From positions 880,413 through 944,412 of the forward strand of contig JBNZDD010013549.1 in NCBI GenBank assembly GCA_050575255.1: a stretch of 64,000 nt of DNA. The letters run 5' to 3'. Positions 53,801 to 63,109 of this stretch are shown piece by piece. The DNA is from Harriotta raleighana (lineage: Eukaryota). Position 1 is the first letter of the stretch, and each line of letters starts with the position of its first letter. Below the pieces are notes generated by a model. The model was not told the origin of the DNA, did not search any database, and saw nothing but the letters and a program-made list of their open reading frames with translations. The position numbers were made by a program, and so were the translations under genes.

Positions 53801-56800
53801 TCAACGGGCTTCACAGAATATACTGTAAAGTGAATTGACTGTTTATTTTGGGGGAAAACATGAAAGCCAATTGTACACACCAGTATCCCATACACAGTCG
53901 TGGATTTAGTGATCAATTTATTAAAAAAATGTATTATCACTCCCAGAAAAGCAAGACAACAATCGACTAACAACCGGGTTCTGACTGCTAGGTAAACAGA
54001 GGCGTTGTGGAGTAAGGAAACTTGCCCAACATTTTGCCCCCTGGGAATCAAACCCAGGTCTCTCACTTGCGAGGCGAGTACTCTAACCACTGAGCTAGAG
54101 GACGCCACAAAAGGGTGACCTTTGATCAGTTTTCAAAGCGTGCAGGGTAGAAGGGGATAAGCTGTGATTCAGTGAAGACGGTTGTTTGGCCTAGAGAGGA
54201 AATATCGTTGTGTTCTTTTTATATCTGACAAGGGAAGGAAGATTGCGTCAGTAAAAATGCATTATGAGGGAACCATCTGTATTAACTGACAGGAATGCAA
54301 GGCAAGATCTCCCCAGTTGTATGTTTAAGTGTCATCTGGAATGTGATATGCTGCCGTTCAGGTCTAACTGGCTGATGTTTTTACACACGCTGAAGTCAGT
54401 CATCTTTTCAAAATCTCCTGGAAGATAACAACTTAATGCTCAAATAATGGGATTTACAATGTGATTCCAGAGTGGTCTAGCCATATATCAGTTGGACAGG
54501 AAAAGTTTGTTCAAGCAAACAAGGATATGTTAGTTTGTTCTATGGATTGCAAGTCTATCACTTCTTCTGATCTAAAATATGACAGCTTTATGTTATATCT
54601 TGTATAAAGCTGACTCTAGTCATGTATAAAACAAACTGTTCTCAGGACCTCAAAGAACTGTTGAACTACAGGCTTCTTAAGAGTCTGCAGCGGAGAAAGG
54701 CGACAGCGGTGGCTGCTACTTTAGTCTGTATCAGACATCACAGCTGACATTGCTGCAGCTGGCTGTGGTTTGACTGTTTATGCTCAAAGCAGAGTTTTTC
54801 ATGTGATTCCATTCCACGTATCTCCTTGTTCTAATGCTACTTCAGTAATCCCAGTAATGCTCAAAAACAACTTCACAATAAATGTGGTTCAATAAAATGA
54901 ATTGAAAGTCAGAACAGCCTGACTGTACTTTTTATAACTCTAGAAAAACCTTTTGACGCTTTTCACGTGTCACTTTTAATATTTTACTTTAGTATGTGTT
55001 GTTGTGAGCCTTTGATTTCATTTCGGTTTCTGACCAGGCTTCTAAATTTAGGGCCTTTTCAATTATGTCTTTATTATGGTTCATTTCCTGCACCACAGTT
55101 ACTCTTTTAGGGCTGTAAATGTGGCATGAATGTCATAATATTCAGCCAATAAATAGCACAGCCTTCCAATAGCAGCCCCAAGGAAGTACCCTTGTATCTG
55201 AAGCATATTCAGTGCCAGATTATGAGCGATACCATAAATACATCACTATAACTACCAGTGCAAATTCACTCCAGTTATATTTGGCTCCGCAATTTAGGCA
55301 GTCACAATAATCTCAACAAATTGCATCTGTATTGCGCCCTTCAAGGGAGTAATGTCTCGGAGTGCTTGAGTGGTTTGACTTTTGAGCAGGAAAGGGAGGG
55401 GAGTTGACCGAAGGTAGTCAAAGAGTCAAATCTTCTGGTGTGATTTGAACATGCAGTGCTACTCTGTGAATATGGACACCCGAGACCATATGAACAGATC
55501 TGTAAATGCGCATTAATGGTCCAGAACACACAGAAAGTATAAGCTGGCCAGGATGTATTTAATGTATCTCGTATACATTTGCCAAATTGATATAACAGGG
55601 CATCTGTTTGAGTCCGCAGTATTTCTTGTGATTTAGCAATACTGACTTATTGTGGGGACTGCTTTGCCTATCTCTTTAACCCCCCCCTTTCCCTTGCTCC
55701 ACCTCTTTCCCTTCCCCATCCCCCCACCCTTTCCCTTGCTCCACCTCTTTCCCTTCCCCATCCCCCCCCACTTCCCTTGCTCCACCTCTTTCCCTTCCCC
55801 ATCCCCCCCCCCCTTTCCCTTGCCCATCCCACCTCAGAATCCATTGTGGTGCGTAGACAAATATTTTACTCGGAACAGGTGAATGTTGTCGGTGAATCGA
55901 ATGCTTTTCATGTAGCTACAAGAGAATTTGTCAAGTTTTCTATTGTTAAAATCTGGAATAAAAACTGATCCTAAAGGTGTGGCCAAATGATACTTCGGGC
56001 ACCTCATCGTTTTAAAAGTGACTGATTTGCGCAAACGTTTGATCCGAGTTATTAATTTCCTTTTCCTTCATATTAAGCTGCTACATGCAAATTCGAGCCT
56101 GACGTTTAGCCAGTCCCAGAATATCCGTGAGCTCCAGCAGCTGAAAGAACAGGTCTGTAGCATGGTCCCACAAGAGCAAGTAGCACAGCTCCAGCAACGT
56201 CTGAGCCTTGAGGAAGTGCAGAGTCGCCAACTGCAAGAACAACTGGACAAACATACCGCTGACCGCAACACACAGCAGGTAAGGAGCATTCCAAGTGAGA
56301 AGTGCCCAAGCCTCCAGGCCTATTGTAGTGGGTATAGTAAAAATGCAAGCAATCGCAAAACTGTGACAGTACTGTAGTGTTGACTATAATAGTGCAATTT
56401 TGATACTTGTTTAACACTCTTTTTCTTTGTTGGTCATGTAAACACTACAAAAACTCTCCTTTCATTATTTGCTTGTTCTTTTTTCTTTACATGCAGTTGT
56501 CGTTTTTTGTAGTTGTAGTCTGGGATATTGTGAGTCAATTCTGAAAAAAACTACAGGGTGAAGTGTACCACTTGCATTCTTTCCATGTAGGCCTTACTAC
56601 TGGACCAGCGAGCTGTGCATGCTGATACCTACAGAAGGATTGGGCACTTGTGAAGGCTTTGACAGTACACAGCAGTTTCTCATAAGTAGCCAGCAAAAAC
56701 TATTGTCGTTGGTTATGCATTGGGTGGGGGAAGAGAATAGTGTTCTAAATTATTTTTTAATTTATTATGTTCTTGGTGTAGAAATGTACTTTAATAAAGC

Positions 56801-59800
56801 TGTAATGTAAGTTCATGTGAAAAGAAATTGATAAGTGTAATATACATTGTTAAAATTTATTTAATGTAATATTTAACTTTTCTAGCATTATAGATATGGG
56901 GTACTTTTATGGATTGTACATCAAGGTTTATAATTCCACATAAAATACACTAATTTAATTCTGTTATTTCAATTTCTACTGTTTGTTGTATCCCTAAAAT
57001 CCGGGCAGTAAAGTATCATTGACAGTATTGCTGCAATATGGATGATTGATAACATGCAAAATCCATTCACACACATTCCTTTTTTTTACTCTGTGCATTT
57101 TAGGCTTTAACACTATATTTTCTGTCTCCAACAAATTCATCACAGACCCACTGCCTGAATTGAAAGATCACACTGGACTTTTCTATGTAGTTATTTATGG
57201 TTTCCTGATTTGTCATGCATTGTCTTTTTTTGTTATACCTTTGTTTTGACAATAAATTTGTAATTTCTAATTAGTGTGTGTTTTGATATTGATACTACAA
57301 CTGAGTATAGTTTTTTTATGAATCATCAACTCCTCAGTGAAAATGATGCACGTGAAATTGCTGTAAAATGTTGATTAGCAACATTTCTCTGTTTGAACAA
57401 TAGTAAAGGTTGATTCCATCTCTGCTGTTCTAAATGGCACTGTGAGGCTGCAAATCTCCAGATTGCGGTCTAATTAATAAAGGCACAATATCCCTATTAT
57501 TCACTGAATAAACACAGACGTTATCATTTACCGAGAGGAATTTATAGGTACTCTAAATAATGTACTACAACAACAAAATTACATTTGTAGAGCGCCTTTC
57601 ATGTCGGGAGGACGCCCCAAGGTGCTGAACAGTCAGTGGTCAGGGCTTGAGTATGGTTTGGTGGGGTGGGGGTACAGGGTTGGAATAAGGGAGGGCAGAA
57701 GCCAGATGGTAGCTGACGGCATGGTTGAAACAGAAGGTCGTATGACTGGCCTAGAAGGAGGCAAGGGAGGGAGCAAGGCAAAGGGATTGTGGGATGAATA
57801 ATTGACAATGAATGAAAATCATTACTTAGTTACATAATTCATAAATCCTTTATTCCTATTTATAATATAATTTCCTCTCTTTATACATATTTATGTGTAG
57901 CACATAATACAGCAGTGCTTATGTACTGTTAATACATAGCAACTAATAGATCTCCATTGTTCCCTTGTTAATTATATTAACAATTATATAATTATCCCTT
58001 GTTAATTATAACTTTTGCTTTGTTGGTTTTGCACTGATAGATCGTTGTAATATTTCCTCATGTCGATTTCAGTTTACCAGCTATCTAGTTTGTTCAGAAA
58101 CCACGCATTTTTTTTGTTATACATTTTGTTTTGACATTAAATAAGTAATTTCTATGTTTTGTGTGTTTTGATGCTGTAATGTAGTTGTCCCATTTGAACA
58201 TTTGCCTGACAGTATAGCTTTTACTCCTTACACTACCAGTTCACTGTTTTGGGTTTACCAGTTGGACTTTCCCCATAGTATGATTGTGCCACAGCCCAAT
58301 CCCTAGTTGAGAAGCTAAGCAGCAAGGCATTCTGTTCCATATCTCTGTCAATTCCACCGTGTATTCCACTACCAAAAGGTGTATGAGAACAGAGATAGGT
58401 GATCAGCCCTACTTTATCCTTCTTTTCCCCTTTCTGTGCTTTGAACTGAATTTTGATTGTTTGATAATCTATGCCTTACCATTCCATCATTGGAACATAA
58501 CTGCGAAGACTTTGGCTATTAACATTTATGTACTTAAAATTAGATCCATTGTTGATCACAATTCTTACTTCAAGATATCCTCCGGCTTTGATTTTTTTGT
58601 CATAATCAATCACAAGCCACATGAATATTAGTGATAGCTATAAATTGTGCTTGTATATATCTTGGACAAACTGAAATCTTGTGACTGGAGTTTTTGAATA
58701 AAAGAAAAAATCAACTCGCAGATACTAGATCCTTAAGGCATTATTACTACTAAGGCTTAGTTTATGTACACGGGATCTAAGATTTACATCAACTGTTTTT
58801 ACACAATCAAATAGTTATTTTCAACCAGCTGATACATTACAGTACTGACATGACAGATGTCCAAATGTTTTTGCATACCACAGGCCTTGTGCTCACTATA
58901 CTATTTGCAGTAATTTGCTATGTTGCACATTTCTTCAATGTTTGCCACTAAAGTACAATGCTACTTTGAATTAATGTAAATGTGTGCAAAGCTTATTTAT
59001 TTCCTCCACTGTCTTTTTACATAACCATTTGACAAGCACTAAAAATTTTGAGATATCTGCTATGGATCCTTACCAATGTATTTATCTGCATAAAAAGGTG
59101 CAAGCTAATTGTGTTTTTGCTTTGCCTATGAAATCACATTTGACTATTAACTCAGCTGAATGCTTCAAGTAACTATTTTGCTTCATTACTTCATTTGCTT
59201 CATTTTAAAATCCTTTGGAGACCTTTATTTTATTTGAAAGGTGCTATATAGATAATTTTTTTGTGTATTCTATGTGTTGTATATCTTTTTGAAATACATT
59301 GCCAAGCAAAATATTTTTATTAATACCTCCAGTTCCTCCCCAGATTAGGGCTGAATCAATTCCTTATGCAGTTTGCTTTCTTTCTGACTAAACAGAAATC
59401 AGTCTAATAAATATTTTGCTTTCAGGAAGGATATGAACAACTGTTGAAAAGGACAGAAAGAATGCAAGATGTTGAAAATAAACTGAGGAATGTTAAGTTA
59501 CATCTTCAGGACAAAGTCAATCAATTGAAAGAACAGGTATGTTCACCGTATGTTACTAACTGAACATTTGTTTCAGCCACAATACAAAAGCAGCAATGCC
59601 CATTTAACAAACAATAGAGTGTAGTAACATTGTACAAAGGTGTGATTAGTATACAACAAAGTTCCTGTAATGCATTAATTTAGTATTAAAGTAAGATTGT
59701 TTCTTTGAACAAAGGAAAAATTTTCATAACAGAATTTTGCTTTACAGTTGTCAAAGAATATTAAAGCAGATGAAATGATCAAGGACTTGTATGTTGAAAA

Positions 59801-59960
59801 CGCACAGCTACTCAAGGCACTGGAGATATCTGAACAGCGGTACAAGACAACTGAGAAGAAAAATTACCTACTTGAAGAAAACATTGCAGGCCTTAATAAA
59901 ATTCTCAAGGACCGATCAACATCATCACTTTCTGCTGCCTCAGCTCGTTACTCAACCTAA
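9202..59960 (+). CDS. NIN: Ninein (centrosomal EF-hand/coiled-coil microtubule-anchoring protein, dynein adaptor), full multi-exon gene, about 1940 aa
   Basis: join(9202-9384,16458-16551,20409-20572,29579-29624,30408-30598,34629-34775,35569-35736,35924-36060,36524-36664,40016-40190,40626-40736,40912-41001,41813-41945,42314-42435,42909-43447,44346-45875,47225-47338,47511-47580,48428-48643,49090-49206,49667-49780,49904-50017,50224-50370,50940-51119,51926-52075,52454-52558,56078-56278,59426-59536,59748-59960) = 5823 nt with compatible phases. The N-terminus MDEAEQDKYEARLKEVFDSFDTTGTGSLGQEELTDLCHML and C-terminal KDLYVENAQLLKALE match vertebrate ninein as I recall it. Confidence 0.95.
9476..10015 (-). 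mobile_element. CR1-type LINE 3' fragment (RT C-terminal region and TTCTTATG tail)
   Basis: Minus-strand ORF WSPYLKKDVLALEGLQRRFTRLVPGMRGLTYEDRLNKLGLYSLEYRRIRGNLIETYKILKGLD; (CATAAGAA)n at the left end. Confidence 0.9.
16458..16551 (+). CDS. NIN: NIN coding exon 2 (VHFEQFKEALILILS...QEP)
   Basis: TTTCAG| acceptor, CAG|GTACGG donor, phase 0-1. Confidence 0.92.
17951..18002. repeat. 14-bp tandem repeat, about 3.5 copies
   Basis: (GAGACTCAGGAGTT)n. Confidence 0.9.
18640..18870 (-). mobile_element. Degenerate L2-type LINE fragment
   Basis: Minus-strand translation SPILTRLH...IDFNILTLAYKTLHILSPPYL, typical L2 ORF2 C-terminal motif. Confidence 0.7.
19750..20180 (+). mobile_element. Older tRNA-derived SINE (DeuSINE-like core); related inverted copy ~29838-30270
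   Basis: Head TAGCACTCTCGCCTCTGAGTCAG...GAGTTCAAGCCCCAC, core GAGATGTTAAACTGAGGCC...AAGATCCCA, L2-like tail. Confidence 0.6.
20409..20572 (+). CDS. NIN: NIN coding exon 3 (QPKYVKDGKRYGRRTAPEFQDSVEEF)
   Basis: CCACAG| acceptor (in-frame alternative 9 nt downstream), GAG|GTAGGG donor, phase 1-0. Confidence 0.9.
25730..25945 (-). mobile_element. SINE fragment, same family
   Basis: Reverse-complement body. Confidence 0.72.
28412..28652 (+). mobile_element. SINE, 5'-truncated, same family
   Basis: GGGCGAAACCTTGGGCAAGTTTCCTT...GCGCTATATCAAAT. Confidence 0.8.
29579..29624 (+). CDS. NIN: NIN coding exon 4 (NWKTSADQGEEYEAEG)
   Basis: TTTAG| acceptor, AAG|GTAAGA donor, 46 nt, phase 0-1. Confidence 0.88.
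30408..30598 (+). CDS. NIN: NIN coding exon 5 (QLRFWNPDDLN...QNVDTE)
   Basis: TTCCAG| acceptor, GAG|GTAAGA donor, phase 1-0. Confidence 0.93.
30718..31003 (-). mobile_element. tRNA-derived SINE, same family
   Basis: Reverse-complement copy. Confidence 0.82.
32050..32368 (+). mobile_element. L2-type LINE 3' end
   Basis: Pyrimidine-rich body (CCTTCAGCC...CTCTGGAACTCCCTTCC), stem-loop tail GTGAAGCG...CACTATATAAAT and (GTT)n terminus. Confidence 0.7.
33428..33716 (-). mobile_element. tRNA-derived SINE, same family
   Basis: Reverse-complement copy from the (ATA)n tail to the GAGCTATAGGACTCC head. Confidence 0.85.
34232..34563 (-). mobile_element. tRNA-derived SINE, same family
   Basis: Reverse-complement full-length copy. 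Confidence 0.85.
34629..34775 (+). CDS. NIN: NIN coding exon 6 (VLEELV...SASTPYRQLKRHHSLQ)
   Basis: TTATAG| acceptor, CAG|GTAATT donor, 49 codons. Confidence 0.92.
35569..35736 (+). CDS. NIN: NIN coding exon 7 (PFDESGRRT...GLEILK)
   Basis: ATTAG| acceptor, AAG|GTATAT donor; duplicate copy at 37884-38051. Confidence 0.92.
35924..36060 (+). CDS. NIN: NIN coding exon 8 (TLDFGPDGKVNLTELTLALENELL...EIRHL)
   Basis: TTCCAG| acceptor, |GTAAGT donor, phase 0-2; duplicate at 38239-38375. Confidence 0.92.
36524..36664 (+). CDS. NIN: NIN coding exon 9 (EWVDQVLREKEKL...MASEVDDHHAAIER)
   Basis: TTTCAG| acceptor, CCG|GTATTT donor, phase 2-2; duplicate at 38839-38979. Confidence 0.92.
39296..39551. mobile_element. 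Tc1/mariner (Tigger-like) non-autonomous DNA transposon remnant
   Basis: Right end GTTAAGCGAGGTTCCACCG-TA resembles a Tigger-type TIR plus TA target site; internal repeats of TAAGCGA; CpG-rich relative to flanks; left TIR decayed. Confidence 0.5.
40016..40190 (+). CDS. NIN: NIN coding exon 10 (KLEQEHRERLAALK...RDRLALSLK)
   Basis: TTACAG| acceptor, AAG|GTGAGA donor. Confidence 0.92.
40626..40736 (+). CDS. NIN: NIN coding exon 11 (ENSRLERELLEN...ILKEK)
   Basis: CAAAG| acceptor, AAG|GTAGCT donor, 37 codons. Confidence 0.9.
40912..41001 (+). CDS. NIN: NIN coding exon 12 (FGDLDPTSAEFFLHEER...QCR)
   Basis: TTACAG| acceptor, AGG|GTAAGT donor. Confidence 0.92.
41813..41945 (+). CDS. NIN: NIN coding exon 13 (ELQDRIDELQSEL...)
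   Basis: ATTAG| acceptor, AAG|GTACAG donor, phase 0-1. Confidence 0.88.
42314..42435 (+). CDS. NIN: NIN coding exon 14 (LESEECNALNLSLEAEMVIEQIKEQH...LETK), GC donor
   Basis: TTCTAG| acceptor; phase requires the AAG|GCAAGT donor. Confidence 0.88.
42909..43447 (+). CDS. NIN: NIN coding exon 15 (VHFYKAQIEE...ELLAQR)
   Basis: TTCCAG| acceptor, AAG|GTGAGG donor, phase 0-2; contains ORF 43005-43451. Confidence 0.92.
44346..45875 (+). CDS. NIN: NIN large coiled-coil cassette exon (equivalent of mammalian exon 18), 1530 nt
   Basis: CGTAG| acceptor, CAG|GTAATG donor, phase 2-2, length divisible by 3; inside ORF 44266-45879. Confidence 0.92.
47225..47338 (+). CDS. NIN: NIN coding exon 17 (GEAEELTEKY...QQEL)
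   Basis: GCACAG| acceptor, |GTAAGT donor, phase 2-2, 114 nt. Confidence 0.85.
47511..47580 (+). CDS. NIN: NIN coding exon 18 (QQGEILKAENMTAQRIIEMLNKQ)
   Basis: TTACAG| acceptor, CAG|GTACGT donor, phase 2-0. Confidence 0.87.
48428..48643 (+). CDS. NIN: NIN coding exon 19 (MAETRSRTRQLDAENEDLCQKN...SRIE)
   Basis: AATCAG| acceptor, GAG|GTAAAT donor. Confidence 0.88.
49090..49206 (+). CDS. NIN: NIN coding exon 20 (SSALVSALETDLSEV...)
   Basis: GACAG| acceptor, CAG|GTAGAG donor. Confidence 0.86.
49667..49780 (+). CDS. NIN: NIN coding exon 21 (LSECNELE...NRCVER)
   Basis: CTCCAG| acceptor (in-frame alternative at 49640), AGG|GTATGG donor. Confidence 0.83.
49904..50017 (+). CDS. NIN: NIN coding exon 22 (IAKMNITELQ...TSQEK)
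   Basis: ATCCAG| acceptor, AAG|GTATTG donor. Confidence 0.88.
50224..50370 (+). CDS. NIN: NIN coding exon 23 (KSDFRVAQQEKEALKQEVVSLHKELQ)
   Basis: GCCCAG| acceptor, GAG|GTACAA donor. Confidence 0.9.
50940..51119 (+). CDS. NIN: NIN coding exon 24 (...EQQILRQENERLQ...QAREK)
   Basis: TATTAG| acceptor (in-frame alternative at 50946), AAG|GTAACG donor. Confidence 0.87.
51514..51811 (+). mobile_element. Full-length tRNA-derived SINE with L2-like tail
   Basis: tRNA-like head (TAGCTCAGT...GTTTTCAATCC A/B boxes) and tail GCGCTTTGAGACG..AGAAGACGTGAAAA.GCGCT; shared with more than 10 copies in the window. Confidence 0.85.
51926..52075 (+). CDS. NIN: NIN coding exon 25 (EQEKLSLKRECDQIQKELLSANRK)
   Basis: TGACAG| acceptor, AAG|GTAAGG donor. 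Confidence 0.9.
52454..52558 (+). CDS. NIN: NIN coding exon 26 (MGSLEQELEILKVENE...TRDQ)
   Basis: TGCTAG| acceptor, CAG|GTACGT donor. Confidence 0.87.
53800..54107 (-). mobile_element. tRNA-derived SINE, same family
   Basis: Reverse-complement copy with head CCACTGAGCTAGAGGACGCC. Confidence 0.8.
55680..55830. repeat. ~39-bp pyrimidine-rich minisatellite, about 3.5 copies
   Basis: Unit CCCCCCCCTTTCCCTTGCTCCACCTCTTTCCCTTCCCCAT. Confidence 0.9.
56078..56278 (+). CDS. NIN: NIN coding exon 27 (LLHANSSL...MVPQEQVAQLQ...NTQQ)
   Basis: ATTAAG| acceptor after pyrimidine tract, CAG|GTAAGG donor. Confidence 0.88.
56591..56653 (+). CDS. NIN: NIN alternative terminal (neuronal-type) exon, ALLLDQRAVHADTYRRIGHL*
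   Basis: TTCTTTCCATGTAG| acceptor, phase 0 compatible with the exon ending 56278, TGA 56651-56653, AATAAA at 56793. Closely resembles the mammalian alternative NIN C-terminus as I recall it (ALLPEQRAVHADSYRRIGHL). Confidence 0.85.
   Translation, partial: ALLLDQRAVHADTYRRIGHL
59426..59536 (+). CDS. NIN: NIN penultimate coding exon (EGYEQLLK...QDKVNQLKEQ)
   Basis: TTTCAG| acceptor, CAG|GTATGT donor. Confidence 0.9.
59748..59960 (+). CDS. NIN: NIN last coding exon (LSKNIKADEMIKDLYVENAQLLKALE...ARYST*)
   Basis: TTACAG| acceptor, TAA stop at 59958-59960. Confidence 0.92.
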   Translation: MSKNIKADEMIKDLYVENAQLLKALEISEQRYKTTEKKNYLLEENIAGLNKILKDRSTSSLSAASARYST

Positions 59961-60970
59961 CATGTTATATTATTTAGATCATGAACGATAAAGTCCAAAG
60001 AAGGACATGTTTAGAAACACTTTTGCACTTTAATACAGTACTGTACTTTAAATATTTCTTTAGCAAGTGCTTGCTTTTTCCTGGACTTCTGAATGTTTTG
60101 AGAATTGCAAAATGAAATAAAAGTAAATATTGTTCTAACTTTAACAGTATTGCCTTCAAAACACTGGTATACGTCACCACTCAGTATTTAAGGATGTATT
60201 CAACAATCTGATGTGAAGGAGAGTTACTTTTTAAGAGACTTATGAGGGAAAAGTTTTTTTATATAAAGCTGTCTTTTTTTAAAAAAAGGATAAAGAGTTA
60301 GATGTGTTTTGATTTGTCTTTAAACATTCTGTGTAGGCCAAAGATGAATGTGACTGGAACAAAGCCAATTAAAATAGTTTTTGTGATATTATTGTGAGGA
60401 AACAAGTACATCTGTAGCTGGAACTAAGGCCTACTTTTCCTTTTATACAACTCAGTTGCAGAATATTCTTATTGATAATTTAAAAGTATAATATGTTTTA
60501 AATAGCTTGTATCGTTTATGCATTTAAGTGTGGAACACTGACAAAAAGGCAACACTATCTTATCAAAGAATTGTAAATACTGAGTTTTTATTTGAGATTA
60601 TACTATGCAGAACAATCAGATTAAACCTGTGACAGTATTTGCATTTACATTTACACTTGTGTAAAACCAGCTGCCATGTGGTGCTTTAAGATGTATCATG
60701 CTGCCTAAAATGTAATTGTTCCTGTAAAAATGTTATTTGTCTTGAATACAGAACACAACATTCATACCTCCATATTGAACATAGCAGTATGGATAGATGC
60801 AGGTCATGTTTGCAAGCCATAAATATATATGTTAACCCACGCATCTTATGCCTGGCTGATCAATGGGGTGCTTGGAAATATCATTTGCTTAAAGCAATGG
60901 TTGTAAAATTATGTCTGAATAAAAATTAGAATTTGTGTTAGAAATATTGATGTTATGAAGAAATAAATTT
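59961..60970 (+). other. NIN 3' UTR with candidate polyadenylation signals
   Basis: AT-rich region with no recognisable repeats; AATAAA at 60116, 60918 and 60962. Confidence 0.55.
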
Positions 60971-61529
60971 TTGACTGTTGAAACAAATACTTAAAACTAT
61001 AAAGAACTGTAATTTAACCAAAGGATTTGCACTTTTCAAAAATTCTTAACACTCATCACTTCCATGCTAAAAGCTCCCAGGTAAGACAGAGCTAGCAGCT
61101 ACATTGAACATTCTGGATATTGTTGGAATAATCCACAACAATTTAGTTTCTGCACATTTAACAGTTCTTTGATTGATGCGACTATAAAATTATAGTCTGG
61201 GATAGGCTCTAGTCTAAATTATTCCTTCAATTTGAACATATCAAATGCAAGGATTATTATTATTATTATTTCTTTCTTTGTGGTTCATTCCACACCACAA
61301 ATTATTTTCCAGTTAGGAGGCCAATGGATGTCTTGCTGTTAGTATATTTTGTTCCATGCTGTTCAATGTTTATTTTCAAGACACATTTTCATAAGGTCAT
61401 TGTCAAAGGTTATTGGCTTATGGTATTTAAGGGAAAGGGAAAATTACTACTGGATATAATTGGTACAAAGAATGGAAAAGAACTGAAAAGAATGGAAAAT
61501 TATACATTTCTTTCATGAAGGAGCAGTGA

Positions 61530-62045
61530 GCAACAACTTAACAATAACAACAAAATTTCATTTATATAGCGCCTTTTACGTCGAGAGGACATCCCAAGGT
61601 GCTGGACGTAATGTTTCAGACCCGAGCTGGGGTCAGGATTGAGGAGGGCGTGAGCTGCAGAGTTTTGGATTATCTACAGATTGTGAAGGGAAAAGTTGGG
61701 GAGGCCAACAAGGAGTTGTCATGGTCGAGCCATGAGGCGACAAACATGTGTGTAAGGGTTTCAGCAGCCTGAGGTGTGAGACAGTGACAGAGACAGGTGA
61801 TGTTGCGGAGGTGTGGAATATGCGGGAGAAAAGACTGCAAAGGTTCAAACAAGACATCCAGATTCCTGATGGGCTTGATTAGGTGGAGTGTGTATTCACA
61901 GATGCTGATGCTGCCAGTGCCTAAGGTACGGAGGCGCTGATGTGAGCCAATAGGAGGACCTTGGTTTTGCTGACGTTCAACTGTAGAAAATTGTCTCTAA
62001 TCCAGGATGATGTCTGACAGGCATCCTGGAATTGAGGGTGGAGGC
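61530..62045 (-). mobile_element. Degenerate L2-type LINE fragments
   Basis: Minus-strand peptides WIRDNFLQLNVSKTKVLLL and AAETLTHMFVASWLDHDNSLLA; (ACA)n tail at ~61540. Confidence 0.7.
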
Positions 62046-62059
62046 AGAGAGTATAATTA

Positions 62060-62343
62060 AGGGTATAAGATTCACAAGTGTGAGGATCTGGGTTTGATTC
62101 CTGGCAGGGCAAAACCTTGAGCAAGTTTCTTTACTCCACATGCCTGATAATAATCCCTCAAGAAAAAAAATATTTTGATCATTCAACCCATGACTGTTTG
62201 TGGGCCACTGCAGTGCATAATTGGCTGCCGTGTATTGCCCACAAATCACTACACTTTACAGTATATTCTGTGAAGCACTTTGAGACATCTAGAAGATGTG
62301 AAAGGCACTACATTAAAAATGAAAGGATTATTATTATTATAAT
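62060..62343 (+). mobile_element. tRNA-derived SINE, same family
   Basis: Body and GGATTATTATT tail match the other copies. Confidence 0.8.
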
Positions 62344-62537
62344 TGGGGGTATAGATGAATGGAGGGTGGGTAATGATGGGATGGCGAGGGCTGTAAGTGA
62401 ATGACGATGAGTAGGGATGGAAAGCATCCGGATGAAAGGTCGTGGATCTGAAACGTTGACTCTATGTCCTTTCTCACTAGATACTGCCTGACCCGCTGAG
62501 TGTTTCCGGTCGACTTCTGTTTTTTTTGTGTGTGTGA

Positions 62538-63042
62538 ATATAAGAACACAAGAATTAGGAGTAGGCCATTCGGCCCCTCGAGCCTGCCCTGCCATTCAAT
62601 AAGATCATGGCTGATCTTCTGACCTAACTTTAATTACCTGCCCTATCCCCATATTCCCTAATCCCTCTGTTTTTAAAAAAAATTCTATCAGTCTCAGCTT
62701 TGAAAATGTTTCCTCAACTCTGTTCTAGAAGGCTGACCCATAATTTTCAGACTGTGACCCCTGGTTATAGATTCTCCTACCAGGGGAAACAGTCCCTACT
62801 TTATCCAGCCCTTTAAGAATCTTATATGTTTCAATAAGATCTCCCACTAATTCTTCTGTACTCCAGAGAATACAGCCCCAGTTTATTCAACCTATCCTCA
62901 TAAGTCAGTCCCCTCATCCCAGGAACTAACCTCGTGAATCTACGCTGCAGCCCCTCTTAAGGCAAGTACGTCCTTTTTTAAATGAGCAGACACCATAAAC
63001 TGCACATCATACTCTAGGTGAGGTCTCACCAAAGCCCTACAC
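62538..63042 (-). mobile_element. CR1-type LINE 3' fragment, same young family as 9476-10015
   Basis: Long near-identical stretches to the 9.5-10.0 kb copy (e.g. AATACAGCCCCAGTTTATTCAACCTATCCTCATA) with an internal deletion. Confidence 0.88.
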
Positions 63043-63109
63043 AGGTGAGGGACCGAGGGGCTAGTGGCAGACTACACGCATCACCACCATCACCACAACA
63101 ACTTGCATT

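Noticed and set aside
55633-55882. Gly/Lys- and Pro/Phe-rich repeat ORFs
   Set aside because: Translations of the 39-bp minisatellite; no splice or coding support
9202-59960. Alternative identification as ninein-like (NINL)
   Set aside because: The N-terminal sequence, the alternative C-terminal peptide and SAV1 adjacency all fit NIN
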